Below are positions 18,304 to 27,927 of a stretch of 64,000 nucleotides of DNA, piece after piece. The position numbers and the translations under genes were made by a program. Numbering within the stretch: position 1 is the stretch's first letter; every line of letters starts with the position of its first letter. The notes beneath the pieces were generated by a model. It did not search any database. It saw nothing but the letters and a program-made list of their open reading frames with translations, and had not been told where the DNA came from. This DNA is from an uncultured Rhodospirillales bacterium. Lineage in GTDB: Bacteria > Pseudomonadota > Alphaproteobacteria > CACIAM-22H2. The DNA lies in assembly GCA_937926175.1 (NCBI GenBank), contig CALANV010000030.1:451-64450 (forward strand), read 5' to 3'.

Positions 18304-20076
18304 TCAGCCGGCGTCCCCTGACCTGCCTTGGGCCGCTGCCGCGTCGGCGGATAGCTTCTGGTTCATCTCATGACGCTGCCGCGCCATTTCCTTCAAGGCG
18401 GCGCGCAGCTTCGGATGCCGGGATATGAATTTCCCGAAGTCGCGCCGATCCAGCACGAGGAACTGGCAATAATCCACGGCGGTGACGTCCGCGTTCCGCC
18501 GTTCGCCGCTCAAGAGCGCCATTTCGCCGAAGAACGCGCCGGCCTCGAGCCGGATGGTCCGGCCGGACACCAGGACTTCGACGGCGCCCGCCGCAATGAA
18601 ATACATGCCGTCCGCGCGGTCGCCGCGGCGGATCACGCGTTCGCCGGGTGTTGCGGTTTTCGGCCGGAACAGCAACAGAAGCTCCTCCTGATCGCGGCTC
18701 TCGACGAGGGCCAGAACGGGAAGCGTCTCCAGCAGCGCCTGGACCTTCAGTGCCCTCGCCTTCTCGCGTTCCTCGTTACGCCGCTTGATTGCCACGAGCT
18801 CGCGCTCGAGCGCTTCATAGCGCCGGCGGCCAAAGGCGATGGCACCGGCCGGCCGGACTGCGCGCCACCGTCTCTGGAGCGCATCCGCCGCGGCGAAGAC
18901 GAGCGGGTTCAGTACGATCGACAGGAGGGCGCCGGCGAGGACGAGATCACGTCCCTCGGCCGGCAGAATGCCAAGGGACGAGCCGAGGCCGACGAGAATG
19001 AAGGAGAACTCACCGATCTGCACAAGCCCCGCCGCGACGACGAGACCCATGTCGACCGGATAGCGCAACAGCAGCACGATGGTGAAAGCGATCAGCCCCT
19101 TGCCTGCGATGATCAGCGCCAGCACGGCGAGCACGGACAGCGGCGCCCGGATCAGGATCGACGGGTCGAAGAGCATCCCGACCGAGACGAAGAACAGGAC
19201 CGAGAAAGCGTCCTGCAAAGGCAGCGACTCGGCCGCTGCCTTGTGGCTGAAACGGGATTCGCTCAAGACGACGCCGGCGAGGAAGGCGCCGAGCGCGAAC
19301 GACACGCCGAACACCTCAGCCGAGCCATAGGCGATGCCGAGCGCGAGCGCCAGCACCGACAGAGTGAACAGCTCGCGCGAGCCGGTCCGCGCCACCCGCG
19401 CAAGCAGCCACGGCACCGCCTTCGGCCCGAGCAGGAAGGCCAGGGCGGCAAAGGCCGCGATCTTGCCGAGCGTGACGACCAGCGTAAGGAACACCGCGCC
19501 CACCGACGCAGGCGCGGCATGAGCGTCGGCTGTGCCGGCGGCATGGCCGCCCAGCATCTCGGCAAAAGCCGGCAGGAGGACGAGCGCCAGGACCATGGCG
19601 ATGTCCTCGACGATGAGCCAGCCGACGGCGACCCGGCCGTTCGGCGTGTCGAGGCGATTGCGCTCCTCGAGCGCCCGGAGCAGCACCACCGTGCTCGCCA
19701 CCGACAGGCTCAACCCGAAGACGAGTCCTGCGCCCGGACTCCATCCCCAGATCTGCGTCAGACCGATGCCGACGAGCGTGGCGAGCAGGATCTGGCTGAT
19801 CGCGCCAGGAACGGCGACCGCCCGAACGGCCAGCAGGTCCGCGGCGGAGAAATGCAGCCCGACGCCGAACATGAGCAGAATGACGCCCATCTCGGCGAGC
19901 TGCGCGGCAAGCTCGCCATCGACGACGAGGCCCGGCGTGAACGGTCCGACGAAGATGCCCGCGACCAGATAACCGACGAGCGGCGGCAGACGCAGCCGGT
20001 CGGCAACGTACCCGAACGCGAACGCGAACACGAAGCCCTCGGCGAACGTGGCGATGAGCGTTGCTTCGTGCGGCAA
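18304..20076 (-). CDS. CPA2-family monovalent cation:proton antiporter (Kef-like) with a C-terminal cyclic-nucleotide-binding domain.
   Basis: About 12 predicted TM helices (GYLVAGIFVGP..., LMFGVGLHFS...). C-terminal cNMP-binding fold: RRGDRADGMYFIAAGAVEV...FFGEMALLSGERRNADVTA. Confidence 0.8.
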   Translation of the reverse strand: MPHEATLIATFAEGFVFAFAFGYVADRLRLPPLVGYLVAGIFVGPFTPGLVVDGELAAQLAEMGVILLMFGVGLHFSAADLLAVRAVAVPGAISQILLATLVGIGLTQIWGWSPGAGLVFGLSLSVASTVVLLRALEERNRLDTPNGRVAVGWLIVEDIAMVLALVLLPAFAEMLGGHAAGTADAHAAPASVGAVFLTLVVTLGKIAAFAALAFLLGPKAVPWLLARVARTGSRELFTLSVLALALGIAYGSAEVFGVSFALGAFLAGVVLSESRFSHKAAAESLPLQDAFSVLFFVSVGMLFDPSILIRAPLSVLAVLALIIAGKGLIAFTIVLLLRYPVDMGLVVAAGLVQIGEFSFILVGLGSSLGILPAEGRDLVLAGALLSIVLNPLVFAAADALQRRWRAVRPAGAIAFGRRRYEALERELVAIKRRNEEREKARALKVQALLETLPVLALVESRDQEELLLLFRPKTATPGERVIRRGDRADGMYFIAAGAVEVLVSGRTIRLEAGAFFGEMALLSGERRNADVTAVDYCQFLVLDRRDFGKFISRHPKLRAALKEMARQRHEMNQKLSADAAAAQGRSGDAG

Positions 20077-20415
20077 GCGCGATCCTTTGGTGCGATCCTC
20101 GGGGCGACCGATGCTACACGTCGCGCGACGGCGACGAAAGCGATCGGCGAGTCATGCCGGAGCGATGTCCGCATCGAGGCCGCGGTGCGGACATTGCCCA
20201 AGGCGCGTACTCATGAACGGCCGGGTAGCCGAGGTAGAGGCTCGCAGCACGCTCGTCCGCTATGTGCCAATGCTGGACTTCGGATGTCGCGACAGTATGT
20301 CAGTGCGTCCGCTCAGATCCAAACGCAAATCTAAGCGCGCGGATGTTATCTCAGTAGCGGATAACGGCTGTCCTCAGGATGCGCTCGCCGATCCGACCGA
20401 CGGCGAAATGGCCCG

Positions 20416-21009
20416 TCATCGGGCTCGACGCAGCATGGGGAAGATCGGCGGCGACGTTTCCACCTGGATGGTCCCGAGCAGCTCGAACCCGTGGCGCTCG
20501 TAGAGCGGAATATTCCGGGGATTCGAGGATTCGAGATATGCCGGCGTCCTGTCCTTATCGCATTGCAGAAGCACACGCTGCAGCAGCGCCGAGCCATGGC
20601 CCTTTCCCTGCCTGGAGGGCACCACGCCTATGAGCGGCAGGTACCAGTGCGGTTCTGTCGGGTGATAACCGCCCATTTGCTCAAACACCGCAAAGGCCGC
20701 CTGCTTTTCGGACTCGCGGAGCGTTCGTTCCAGCAGCGCCATCAGGGCCTCCTCATCCGGGCCAATGCCCGGCGGAAGCCATAGCGCCGCGCCGGAAAAC
20801 TCGCCGCTGTAGAATGCCGTCTCGTGCTCAAAAGCCCGACCGCCGAACGCCTGGGCAAAGGCCGGGAAATGGCGTCGATATTGAGCCGGGTCGGGGTATA
20901 TCCAACGCGCAGCCGGGTCGGTCTCGAATGCCGACGTCATCACGTCGAGCAATTGCTCTCGGTCGCCCGCAGTAGCGGTGCGGATCCGCCGTTCCATCAC
21001 TTGTGACAT
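20416..21009 (-). CDS. GNAT family N-acetyltransferase.
   Basis: QGKGHGSALLQRVLLQC is the acetyl-CoA-binding Q/RxxGxG/A motif, followed by YLESSNPRNIPLYERHGF. ATG (MSQV...) at 21009. Confidence 0.7.
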   Translation of the reverse strand: MSQVMERRIRTATAGDREQLLDVMTSAFETDPAARWIYPDPAQYRRHFPAFAQAFGGRAFEHETAFYSGEFSGAALWLPPGIGPDEEALMALLERTLRESEKQAAFAVFEQMGGYHPTEPHWYLPLIGVVPSRQGKGHGSALLQRVLLQCDKDRTPAYLESSNPRNIPLYERHGFELLGTIQVETSPPIFPMLRRAR

Positions 21010-21361
21010 TATCGATCTTTCCTCTCGAACGCACTGCCTTCTGGCGGGAAATGGGAAGACAGCTCGCACATTCGGCAGGCTACACCGAGCCCGAATCGAG
21101 CGCTGTGACCGATTTCACATTTGGGACTGGACGATCTTCTCTCGCGATCACGACACGGCGGGCGACAGGTCCCGCCACCGGCGGCAGCGCAGCTCGGCAA
21201 TGCCACGGTGCGGACGCTATCGCGCGCGACGCCGGATTTCGAGATGGTGAACCGATGTGACGCACCGGCCGAACCGTGTGCGGCCGGCTCTTTTGTTCGT
21301 TCCGGGTCACACGCAGGCATTGGGGGCCTTGGCATCATCAAGCGTCACGCCGTTCATGAGT

Positions 21362-21883
21362 TCACGCCCTAAGCCCGCCCGTTCGCCGGCGCGGCGAACA
21401 GCGTAACGCCATGATGAACGATGCCGCCGCCAGGAGTGAGGTGGCCGTCCTGACGTGGTTCCAGGTCGTCCAGACGGAGAGATAGCGGGACCACAGCTCG
21501 GCGCCGTCGGCGCTGTCCGATTTGATGGCGGCCAGCGCCTTGTTCAGCGGGACGTTGAATACGATCGTCACCAGGATGGTGCCGAGAAGATAGAGCAGGC
21601 CGCCGGCGAGCAGGTATGGCGCGCCGGGTCCGTTCCAGTCGAACAGGGAAAAGACCGTGAGGACGACGCCGGCCGCGGCCGTTCCGAAGAACACGGCGAA
21701 GAACCATGGATTGAGCACCGCGACATTGATGGACTGCATGGCGGCGATGCCCCGGTCCGGCGGCAGGCGGCCGAGCGCCGTCATGACGAACGTCGAGAAC
21801 GCGAAGAAAATGCCGGCGACCAGCCCGCCGCCAAGCGCGGCGAAAAGAGTAAGAGCGGCAACGAATAGGTTGGTCATGGCCAT
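21362..21883 (-). CDS. DUF1772 (anthrone-oxygenase-like) membrane protein.
   Basis: Four hydrophobic segments of the DUF1772 pattern, with the conserved WNxxRT block (TTWNHVRTATSLLAAASFIMAL). Start at MAMTNLF. Confidence 0.6.
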   Translation of the reverse strand: MAMTNLFVAALTLFAALGGGLVAGIFFAFSTFVMTALGRLPPDRGIAAMQSINVAVLNPWFFAVFFGTAAAGVVLTVFSLFDWNGPGAPYLLAGGLLYLLGTILVTIVFNVPLNKALAAIKSDSADGAELWSRYLSVWTTWNHVRTATSLLAAASFIMALRCSPRRRTGGLRA

Positions 21884-22285
21884 GCACTCCGGACACGTGG
21901 ACCCGGACGTTCCTGAAGCCGCGTGTCTCCCCGACATGGGTGCGTCCAGCAACGCGGTCTATCAAACTCTTCCCCGAAGCGCCGAGGCTCATGCTGCGCG
22001 GACATCCGATTTAAAGTCGCGCTTCGTCCATGGCCTTCACCACTGCCGCGCGGCTGACCGGCAAGAAATTGAGCGCTTCAACCGCATCATCTCACGATTT
22101 GCATACCGCTACCCACGTGTAGCTCTGTTTACTCCGACGCGCGGCACGCCGGCGGCGCACAATTGGGCGGGTACCGGCCCCGCGCCCTCGTGCGACGACC
22201 CGGCCAGCCATCGCCCGGACAGGCCGGAACGCGGCTCGGCACGGGGGCGTTGGCAGCATGACGAAGCCAGACGCGGAGGGTCGCC

Positions 22286-22762
22286 ATGCAGCGCCGGATC
22301 AGACTGACGCAGAACCTGCTGGTGGGCACGGACCAGCCGAGCGAGGCCGATCTGCAGGGCTTTGCCGCCGAGGGCATCAAGTCGGTCGTCGATTTGCGCC
22401 AGCCGGGCGAGCCGAACCAGACGCTGCCGCCGGAGGCCGAAAGCGCGGCGGCGCGGCGCCTCGGCCTGAACTACCGCCACATCTCGGTGCCGGTGGACCG
22501 GCTGGACGAGGAGACGCTCGACCACATCCACAGCGAACTCGCCCGCCTGCCGGAGCCGATCTACATCCACTGCGCCTCGGGCCGGCGCTCGGGCATGGCC
22601 GCCCTCATCCATCGCGCCATCGACGAGGGCCTGACGGGCGATGCCATGATGGCGGGGGCCGAACGGCTCGGCTTCGCCTACGGCTCGCCCGAGCTGAAGG
22701 ATTTCATGAAGCGCTACGTCGACAAGCGCCAGTCGCCGGTGCGGTCGGTGCCGGCGCACTGA
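22286..22762 (+). CDS. DUF442 / protein-tyrosine-phosphatase-like (beta-lactamase-hydrolase-like, Blh-type) protein.
   Basis: Catalytic CX5R loop IHCASGRRSGMAAL. About 158 aa, typical of DUF442 sulfur-metabolism-associated phosphatase-like proteins. Confidence 0.65.
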   Translation: MQRRIRLTQNLLVGTDQPSEADLQGFAAEGIKSVVDLRQPGEPNQTLPPEAESAAARRLGLNYRHISVPVDRLDEETLDHIHSELARLPEPIYIHCASGRRSGMAALIHRAIDEGLTGDAMMAGAERLGFAYGSPELKDFMKRYVDKRQSPVRSVPAH

Positions 22763-22960
22763 GGGCGGGCTTCCCGGCTTGCCCGTGAGCCACCCCTCGC
22801 CCCGACCTTCTTCCAGCGGGGGCTTTGCACAAAAAATCATGCTTGCGCAATAAGCCCGGCTTCTGCACAAGAGGTCCGCCGCCTTACAAAGAATATTTAT
22901 CGTTTGATCGGACCGCGCTCGAGCAGGTGCGACTCGGGCATCCGCCGCTTGCTCCGTCCG

Positions 22961-22992
22961 CACAAAAAAGCGGCGGCCTTTCGGCCGCCGCT
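22961..22992 (-). terminator. Rho-independent terminator downstream of the OMP gene.
   Basis: Minus strand reads AGCGGCGGCCgaaaGGCCGCCGCTTTTTTGTG: a 10-bp GC stem, a 4-nt loop, then a U6 tract. Lies about 24 nt past the OMP TAA stop. Confidence 0.8.
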
Positions 22993-23015
22993 GTTTGGCC
23001 CGTATCCGTATCTGC

Positions 23016-23651
23016 TTAGAAGGTGTAGCGAAGGCCGACCTTCACGACGTGGGCCATACCATCGTCGAAGCCGTCTTCGCCGTTATTGACCCACTGGAAC
23101 CGATACGCGGGAACGAGCTCAAGTTGCTGGGCAACGCTGACGGCAACACCCGCCTCGGCAAAAGCCGTGAGATCGGTCGAGTCGTCGCCCTCTGCGGTGA
23201 TGGTCGTCGAGCCAACCGTCGCGGTGACTTCATCGACCGACGAGTGGAGCACGCCAACGCCGCCGCCGATATACGGCGTGACGACGCCGCCGACGTTGAA
23301 GTCGTAAAACCCGTTGATGGTCACCGAGAACAGATCGGCCGTGCCATCGACCGGGACGGAGACGCCGAGGAAGCTCACGCTTTCCGCCTCGATACGTCCG
23401 TAGCCGAGCTCGACCTCGGCGCGGAATCCGTTTCCGAACCGGTACCCGAGAGCCGCCCAGATCGCGTAGCCGGGATTGTCGTATTCTCCCGTCACCTCGA
23501 CGCCCTCAACGTCTCCCTCGATGTCTCGGTTAAAGGTAAGACCAGCCGAAAGGCTGGCGTAAGTTCCCGCCGTCTGCTGAGCGAGCGCATCGCCAACGTT
23601 GAGCATAAGTGCGCCGGCAACGAGCGCACCGAGAGCAAGCCGCAACTTCAT
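23016..23651 (-). CDS. Outer-membrane beta-barrel protein (Omp25/Omp31/RopB-like porin family).
   Basis: Signal peptide MKLRLALGALVAGALMLNVGDALA. Alternating-hydrophobic beta strands. C-terminal aromatic residue ...LRYTF. GGAGGAG RBS upstream. Confidence 0.8.
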   Translation of the reverse strand: MKLRLALGALVAGALMLNVGDALAQQTAGTYASLSAGLTFNRDIEGDVEGVEVTGEYDNPGYAIWAALGYRFGNGFRAEVELGYGRIEAESVSFLGVSVPVDGTADLFSVTINGFYDFNVGGVVTPYIGGGVGVLHSSVDEVTATVGSTTITAEGDDSTDLTAFAEAGVAVSVAQQLELVPAYRFQWVNNGEDGFDDGMAHVVKVGLRYTF

Positions 23652-23966
23652 TCTCTCCTCCTCTGACGAATCCCCCGGAACTGAGGTGAAGTTGTTGATA
23701 CGGTCTACAGCCTAGGATTGCAAGTACCGGACTGCTTGTTTTGCCTAACGTTTTTGCGAATGTAGTATCACGGCAACAGTTTCCTTTCGAAAACTTATGA
23801 AGAGGTCGCCGCGGCCTCTAACGAGGAGAAGTCGAGCCCTCCAGCTCACCTCGAAACGCCTACGTCATCGCGATCGTCGCGGCGAGGCGGTCGCGGGGTT
23901 GCACTCCTTCGCGAGAGAGATCTCGGGCGCGGCGAACGTCGGATTTCGCGAGCGGCGTGAGATCGG

Positions 23967-24401
23967 TCACCGGCGTTCGCGGAAGAAGTCGCGCAGCAGC
24001 GCGCCCGCGCGGGTCTCGTCGATGCCGCCATAGACCTCGGGCCGGTGATGACAGGTCGGCTGGGCGAAAATGCGCGGGCCGTGCTCGACGCCGCCGCCCT
24101 TGGGGTCGCCAGCGCCGAAATAGAGCCGACGCAGGCGGGCGAAGGCGATCGCCTGCGCGCACATCGGGCACGGCTCGAGCGTGACGTAGAGATCGCAGCG
24201 CGCAAGGCGCTTCTCGCCGCTTGCCTGCGCCGCGGCGCGGATGACCAGCATCTCGGCATGGGCCGTCGGATCGTGCATCGCCTCGACGAGATTGTGCGCG
24301 GCGGCGAGCACCTCGCCGCTGTCGCCGTCGACGAGGACGGCGCCGACCGGAACCTCGCCCGCGGCGGCCGCCTTCGCGGCCTCGGCGAGCGCGAGTTCCA
24401 T
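23967..24401 (-). CDS. tadA: tRNA-specific adenosine deaminase.
   Basis: HAEMLVIR...LYVTLEPCPMCAQAI are the CDA zinc-binding motifs H(A)E and PCxxC. 144 aa. The remainder of track ORF 23967..25361 is antisense to the GATase gene. Confidence 0.85.
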   Translation of the reverse strand: MELALAEAAKAAAAGEVPVGAVLVDGDSGEVLAAAHNLVEAMHDPTAHAEMLVIRAAAQASGEKRLARCDLYVTLEPCPMCAQAIAFARLRRLYFGAGDPKGGGVEHGPRIFAQPTCHHRPEVYGGIDETRAGALLRDFFRERR

Positions 24402-24557
24402 GTAGCTGGGGCGCCGTGCGCTACCGCGTACCGGCGGCGGACCGGCCAGCCCGTCAACGTTTCCTTGAGCCATTGCGTGCGATCCTTGGGGCGCGACGCG
24501 GCATGCGTCAAGGCTTGCCGCTCGCTTCGCCCCGAACGCTCTGGTAACGTCGCCGCC

Positions 24558-25268
24558 ATGCCACGACCCATCATCGGAATCACCCTCGACTCGGAGCCCG
24601 CCGGCGGCTGGTCGAAGATGCCCTGGTATGCGCTCCGCCAGAACTACTGCGAGGCCGTCGCGCGCGCCGGCGGCCTGCCCGTGACGCTGCCGCACGAACC
24701 GGCGCTCGCCGCCGACTATCTCGCCATGATCGACGGCCTGCTGATCACGGGCGGCGCGTTCGACGTCGATCCGTCCCTGTTCGGCGCGAGCACGCGCCAT
24801 GCGACCGTAAAGACCAAGGACCGGCGCACCGCGTTCGAGCTGGCGATCACGCGCGCCGCGCTCGAAGCGGACAAACCCGTGCTGGGGATCTGCGGCGGTG
24901 AACAGCTTCTGAACGTGGTGCTCGGCGGCACGCTGATCCAGCACATTCCCGACGAGATTCCGAACGCGCTGGCGCACGAGCAGCCGAACCCGCGCACCGA
25001 GCCCGGCCATACGGTGACGATCGTCGGCGGCACCCTGCTTCACCGTATCGTCGACACCCACGAGCTGCCGGTGAACAGCGCGCATCATCAGGCCGTCAAG
25101 GACGTCGGACCGGGTGTCGTCGTCAATGCCGTCGCCCCCGACGGCGTCATCGAGGGCATCGAAGATCCGCGCCGACGCTTCTGCCTGGGCGTCGAGTGGC
25201 ATCCCGAATACGCCATCAGCCGCGGCGACGACCGGATCTTCGAGGCCTTCGTCCGGGCCGCCGCCTGA
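24558..25268 (+). CDS. Class-I glutamine amidotransferase-like / gamma-glutamyl-GABA hydrolase family (peptidase C26) protein.
   Basis: GICGGEQLLNV carries the catalytic Cys. ...VEWHPE carries the His. IIGITLD N-terminus is typical of the PuuD/C26 family. Confidence 0.75.
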   Translation: MPRPIIGITLDSEPAGGWSKMPWYALRQNYCEAVARAGGLPVTLPHEPALAADYLAMIDGLLITGGAFDVDPSLFGASTRHATVKTKDRRTAFELAITRAALEADKPVLGICGGEQLLNVVLGGTLIQHIPDEIPNALAHEQPNPRTEPGHTVTIVGGTLLHRIVDTHELPVNSAHHQAVKDVGPGVVVNAVAPDGVIEGIEDPRRRFCLGVEWHPEYAISRGDDRIFEAFVRAAA

Positions 25269-25345
25269 TCGCGACCGTCCGCGATCCCGACGCCACAGCC
25301 GCCGGCTTCGACTCGCAGCACCGATTCCGCGTATAAACGCGGGCC

Positions 25346-26110
25346 GTGAACGAATCATCATCGAAAAGACAGCACGAGGGCGAACGCATCGCGAAGGTCA
25401 TCGCGCGCAGCGGGCTCTGCTCGCGGCGCGAGGCGGAACGGCTGATCGCGCAAGGCCGCGTCTGCGTCGACGGCAAGGTGCTGACGACACCCGCGGTCGT
25501 CGTCGGCCCGGACAGCACGATCACGGTCGACGGCCAGCCGCTGCCGCAGCCGGAACGGACGCGGCTGTTCCGCTACCACAAGCCGCCCGGCGTGCTCACC
25601 ACCACGCATGACCCGCAGGGGCGTCCGACGATCTACGACACGTTTCCGCCCAGCGTGCCCCGGCTGATGCCGGTCGGCCGCCTCGATTTCAATTCCGAGG
25701 GATTGCTGCTGCTCACCAACGACGGCGCCCTCAAGCGCCATCTCGAACTGCCCGCGACCGGGTGGCTGCGCCGTTACCGGGTCCGCGTCTTCGGGCAGCC
25801 GACGCCGGCCGCGTTGCGCGAGCTCGCCAAGGGCGTGACCATTGACGGCATCCGCTATGGCCCGATCGACGCGGCGATCGACAGCATCAAGGGCAGCAAC
25901 GCCTGGCTGACCGTGTCGCTGCACGAAGGCAAGAACCGCGAGATCCGCCGCGTCATGGAGCATCTCGGGCTCAGGGTGAACCGCCTGATCCGCATCGCCT
26001 ATGGTCCGTTCCAGCTCGGCACGCTGCCGCGAGGCGCTGCCGAGGAAGTGCCGCAGCGGATCCTGCGCGACCAGCTCGGCGGCGTCCTCGCGCCGCGGAA
26101 GGGCGGTTAG
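25346..26110 (+). CDS. Pseudouridine synthase (RsuA/RluB family) with an N-terminal S4 domain. GTG start.
   Basis: S4-like RIAKVIARSGLCSRREAERLI. Catalytic VGRLDFNSEGLLLLTNDG with the Asp. KxY-type motif in LTVSLHEGKNREIRR. Confidence 0.8.
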   Translation: MNESSSKRQHEGERIAKVIARSGLCSRREAERLIAQGRVCVDGKVLTTPAVVVGPDSTITVDGQPLPQPERTRLFRYHKPPGVLTTTHDPQGRPTIYDTFPPSVPRLMPVGRLDFNSEGLLLLTNDGALKRHLELPATGWLRRYRVRVFGQPTPAALRELAKGVTIDGIRYGPIDAAIDSIKGSNAWLTVSLHEGKNREIRRVMEHLGLRVNRLIRIAYGPFQLGTLPRGAAEEVPQRILRDQLGGVLAPRKGG

Positions 26111-26111
26111 C

Positions 26112-26675
26112 ATGCGCATCGTCGGCGGCAAGCACCGCGGACGCCGGATCGAGGGGCCCGCCGACGAACGGCTGCGCCCGACCAGCGATCGGGCCCGCGA
26201 GGCACTGTTCAACATCCTCGAGCACGGCCGCCTGTCCGCGGACGGACGTTCGCTTCTTCCCGGCGCGCACGTCCTCGACGTGTTCTGCGGGACCGGTGCC
26301 TTCGCGCTGGAGGCGCTGTCGCGCGGCGCGGCGCATGCGACGCTGATCGACAACGCGCCCGAGGCGATCGCGCTGGCGCGACGCAATCTGCGCAACGCCG
26401 GCGAGATTGCGCGCGCGACGATCATCGAGGCCGATGCGACGCGACCGCCGCCACCACCGCAGCGGCATACGATCGCCTTCCTCGATCCGCCGTACCGGAG
26501 CGGGCTCGCGCCCGTGGCACTCGAAGCACTCGGCAACGGCGGGTGGCTGTCGCCCGGGGCCATCTGCATCGTCGAGGTCGAAGCCCGCGAGCGGTTCGAG
26601 GCGCCGCCCGGATTCACGCCCGTCGACGAACGCCGTTACGGCCGCGCGCGACTCGTCTTTCTTCGCGCCGCGTGA
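26112..26675 (+). CDS. rsmD: 16S rRNA (guanine966-N2)-methyltransferase.
   Basis: MRIVGGKHRGRRI... N-terminus. SAM-binding LDVFCGTGAFALEALSRGA. DPPY motif (FLDPPYRSG). Overlaps the preceding stop. Confidence 0.85.
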   Translation: MRIVGGKHRGRRIEGPADERLRPTSDRAREALFNILEHGRLSADGRSLLPGAHVLDVFCGTGAFALEALSRGAAHATLIDNAPEAIALARRNLRNAGEIARATIIEADATRPPPPPQRHTIAFLDPPYRSGLAPVALEALGNGGWLSPGAICIVEVEARERFEAPPGFTPVDERRYGRARLVFLRAA

Positions 26676-26690
26676 ACAGCGCCGCCGACG

Positions 26691-26885
26691 TCAGTCGATC
26701 TCGGTCAGCTTGTTCTGAAGCAGTTTTTCCGCAGCGGCCTTGACGCGGAGCCAATCGGCACTGCCCTTCGCGTTGCCTTCCTTCTTGAGCCGGGCCGCGC
26801 GCAGCGCCGCATGCTTGGGTGCGCATTCACCGCGCTTCGCGACGAGGACGCGCGCTGCACTACGTATGTCGCGCTCGGTCAGCAT
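26691..26885 (-). CDS. Small basic hypothetical protein (about 64 aa from MLTERD). Start uncertain; the track start is 26942.
   Basis: Lys-rich, helical, protein-like composition: MLTERDIRSAARVLVAKRGECAPKHAALRAARLKKEGNAKGSADWLRVKAAAEKLLQNKLTEID. Lys richness is unusual for a spurious high-GC ORF. No family recognised. Confidence 0.45.
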   Translation of the reverse strand: MLTERDIRSAARVLVAKRGECAPKHAALRAARLKKEGNAKGSADWLRVKAAAEKLLQNKLTEID

Positions 26886-27317
26886 TGAGCCCGCGGCCCG
26901 CACCTGAATCCGAATTGGGGGGAGGTTCCGTGTTGCCCGCAACAGTAGTGGCCTGGACCGGCCAAGGCAAGCGCCGATACCTGCGGCAAATTGTCGATTC
27001 TTCCTAGTAATTTTCTGGGGATAAGCCGGATTTTCAGCGGCAAATCAAGACATCCCATGCGGGAAGTGCAGAACGAGTCGAGGATCGTTCTTCCGCCCGC
27101 ACGGTTTCCCACCCGTAATCGAGCCGGATCGCCGAACGCCGGCGCACCGGCGAACGGTCCGATGGACATGCCACGACGCGAAAAGTACGATGCCGCACGC
27201 AAGAGTTGCAGGTCCATTGCCGCGCTGGCGGACCGTTAGCAAGCCGGTAACGTCGCGGGGGTAACCTCGCGGTGCCGTCCGGGCGGCGGTGCAATGCGTG
27301 TCAGGGGGTGTCGGGTC

Positions 27318-27818
27318 ATGTCGGGCGAGCCGATCGAAGGTTTCAATCAGGAACGTGCCGCATCGCCTTTGTACGTGCCGCCCGATGGCGAGGCGCCGCA
27401 ACGCGGCCCGGCCGGAAACGGATCCGTCCCCGGCAACGGCGCCGCCCCGAGCGGGCTCAGCATCGACGAAGTGATCGGCGCATTGCGCTTGCTCCAGGCC
27501 CAATACAATTCCCTGCGCGTGGCCGAACAGATTCTCCTGCACATCGTCCACGCGAAGGAGAACATCGCGGCGCTCGAGCGGCGCAAGCTGTCCCTCCTCG
27601 ACGAGATCGCGAAACTGGAGGAGCGGCGCGAGGCGGCGCTGGCCAACGCTGCGGCGGCCGAGCAGGCCGCGAAAGTCCGCCTCGAGGCGATCGAGAGCCA
27701 GATCCGGCGCGAGGAGGAGCGGTTCGCGACCGAGCGCAAGCGGCTCGAAGGCGATCTCGCCTACCTCCAATCCGTCATCAGCAAGCTGACCGCCACCGCG
27801 TCCGAATTGAAGCTCTGA
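27318..27818 (+). CDS. Hypothetical protein. Pro/Gly-rich N-terminal region plus a C-terminal coiled coil.
   Basis: N-terminus PLYVPPDGEAPQRGPAGNGSVPGNGAAPSG. This is followed by about 110 aa of heptad-like E/R/K/A/L-rich sequence (LERRKLSLLDEIAKLEERREAALANAAAAEQAAKVRLEAIESQIRREEERFATERKRLEGDLAYLQSV). Confidence 0.5.
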   Translation: MSGEPIEGFNQERAASPLYVPPDGEAPQRGPAGNGSVPGNGAAPSGLSIDEVIGALRLLQAQYNSLRVAEQILLHIVHAKENIAALERRKLSLLDEIAKLEERREAALANAAAAEQAAKVRLEAIESQIRREEERFATERKRLEGDLAYLQSVISKLTATASELKL

Positions 27819-27927
27819 CAACGCCGGCCCGGAATACGGGCCGAGTCCGACGGCGGTCGAGCGGGCCGACGGCGCGCCTGCGCCCATGCGGACGGCGTCC
27901 GGGCAAAATCCTCTTTTCGGGCGAAAC

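Noticed and set aside
18370-20334. 654-aa plus-strand ORF
   Set aside because: It is antisense to the CPA2 antiporter. Its translation is dominated by Arg/Asp/Glu/His repeats.
23780-23830. Possible terminator hairpin gaggtcgccgcggcctc downstream of tadA
   Set aside because: The stem contains a G-U pair. The loop is too small unless the stem is shortened. The trailing T-tract is weak. Not convincing as an intrinsic terminator.
24402-25361. Upstream 320 codons of the 464-aa minus-strand ORF
   Set aside because: They are antisense to the GATase gene. Only the last 144 codons (tadA) have deaminase motifs.
26991-27239. 82-aa plus-strand ORF in the gap upstream of the coiled-coil gene
   Set aside because: It has no RBS and an Arg/Pro-biased composition. 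It is more likely non-coding leader sequence.
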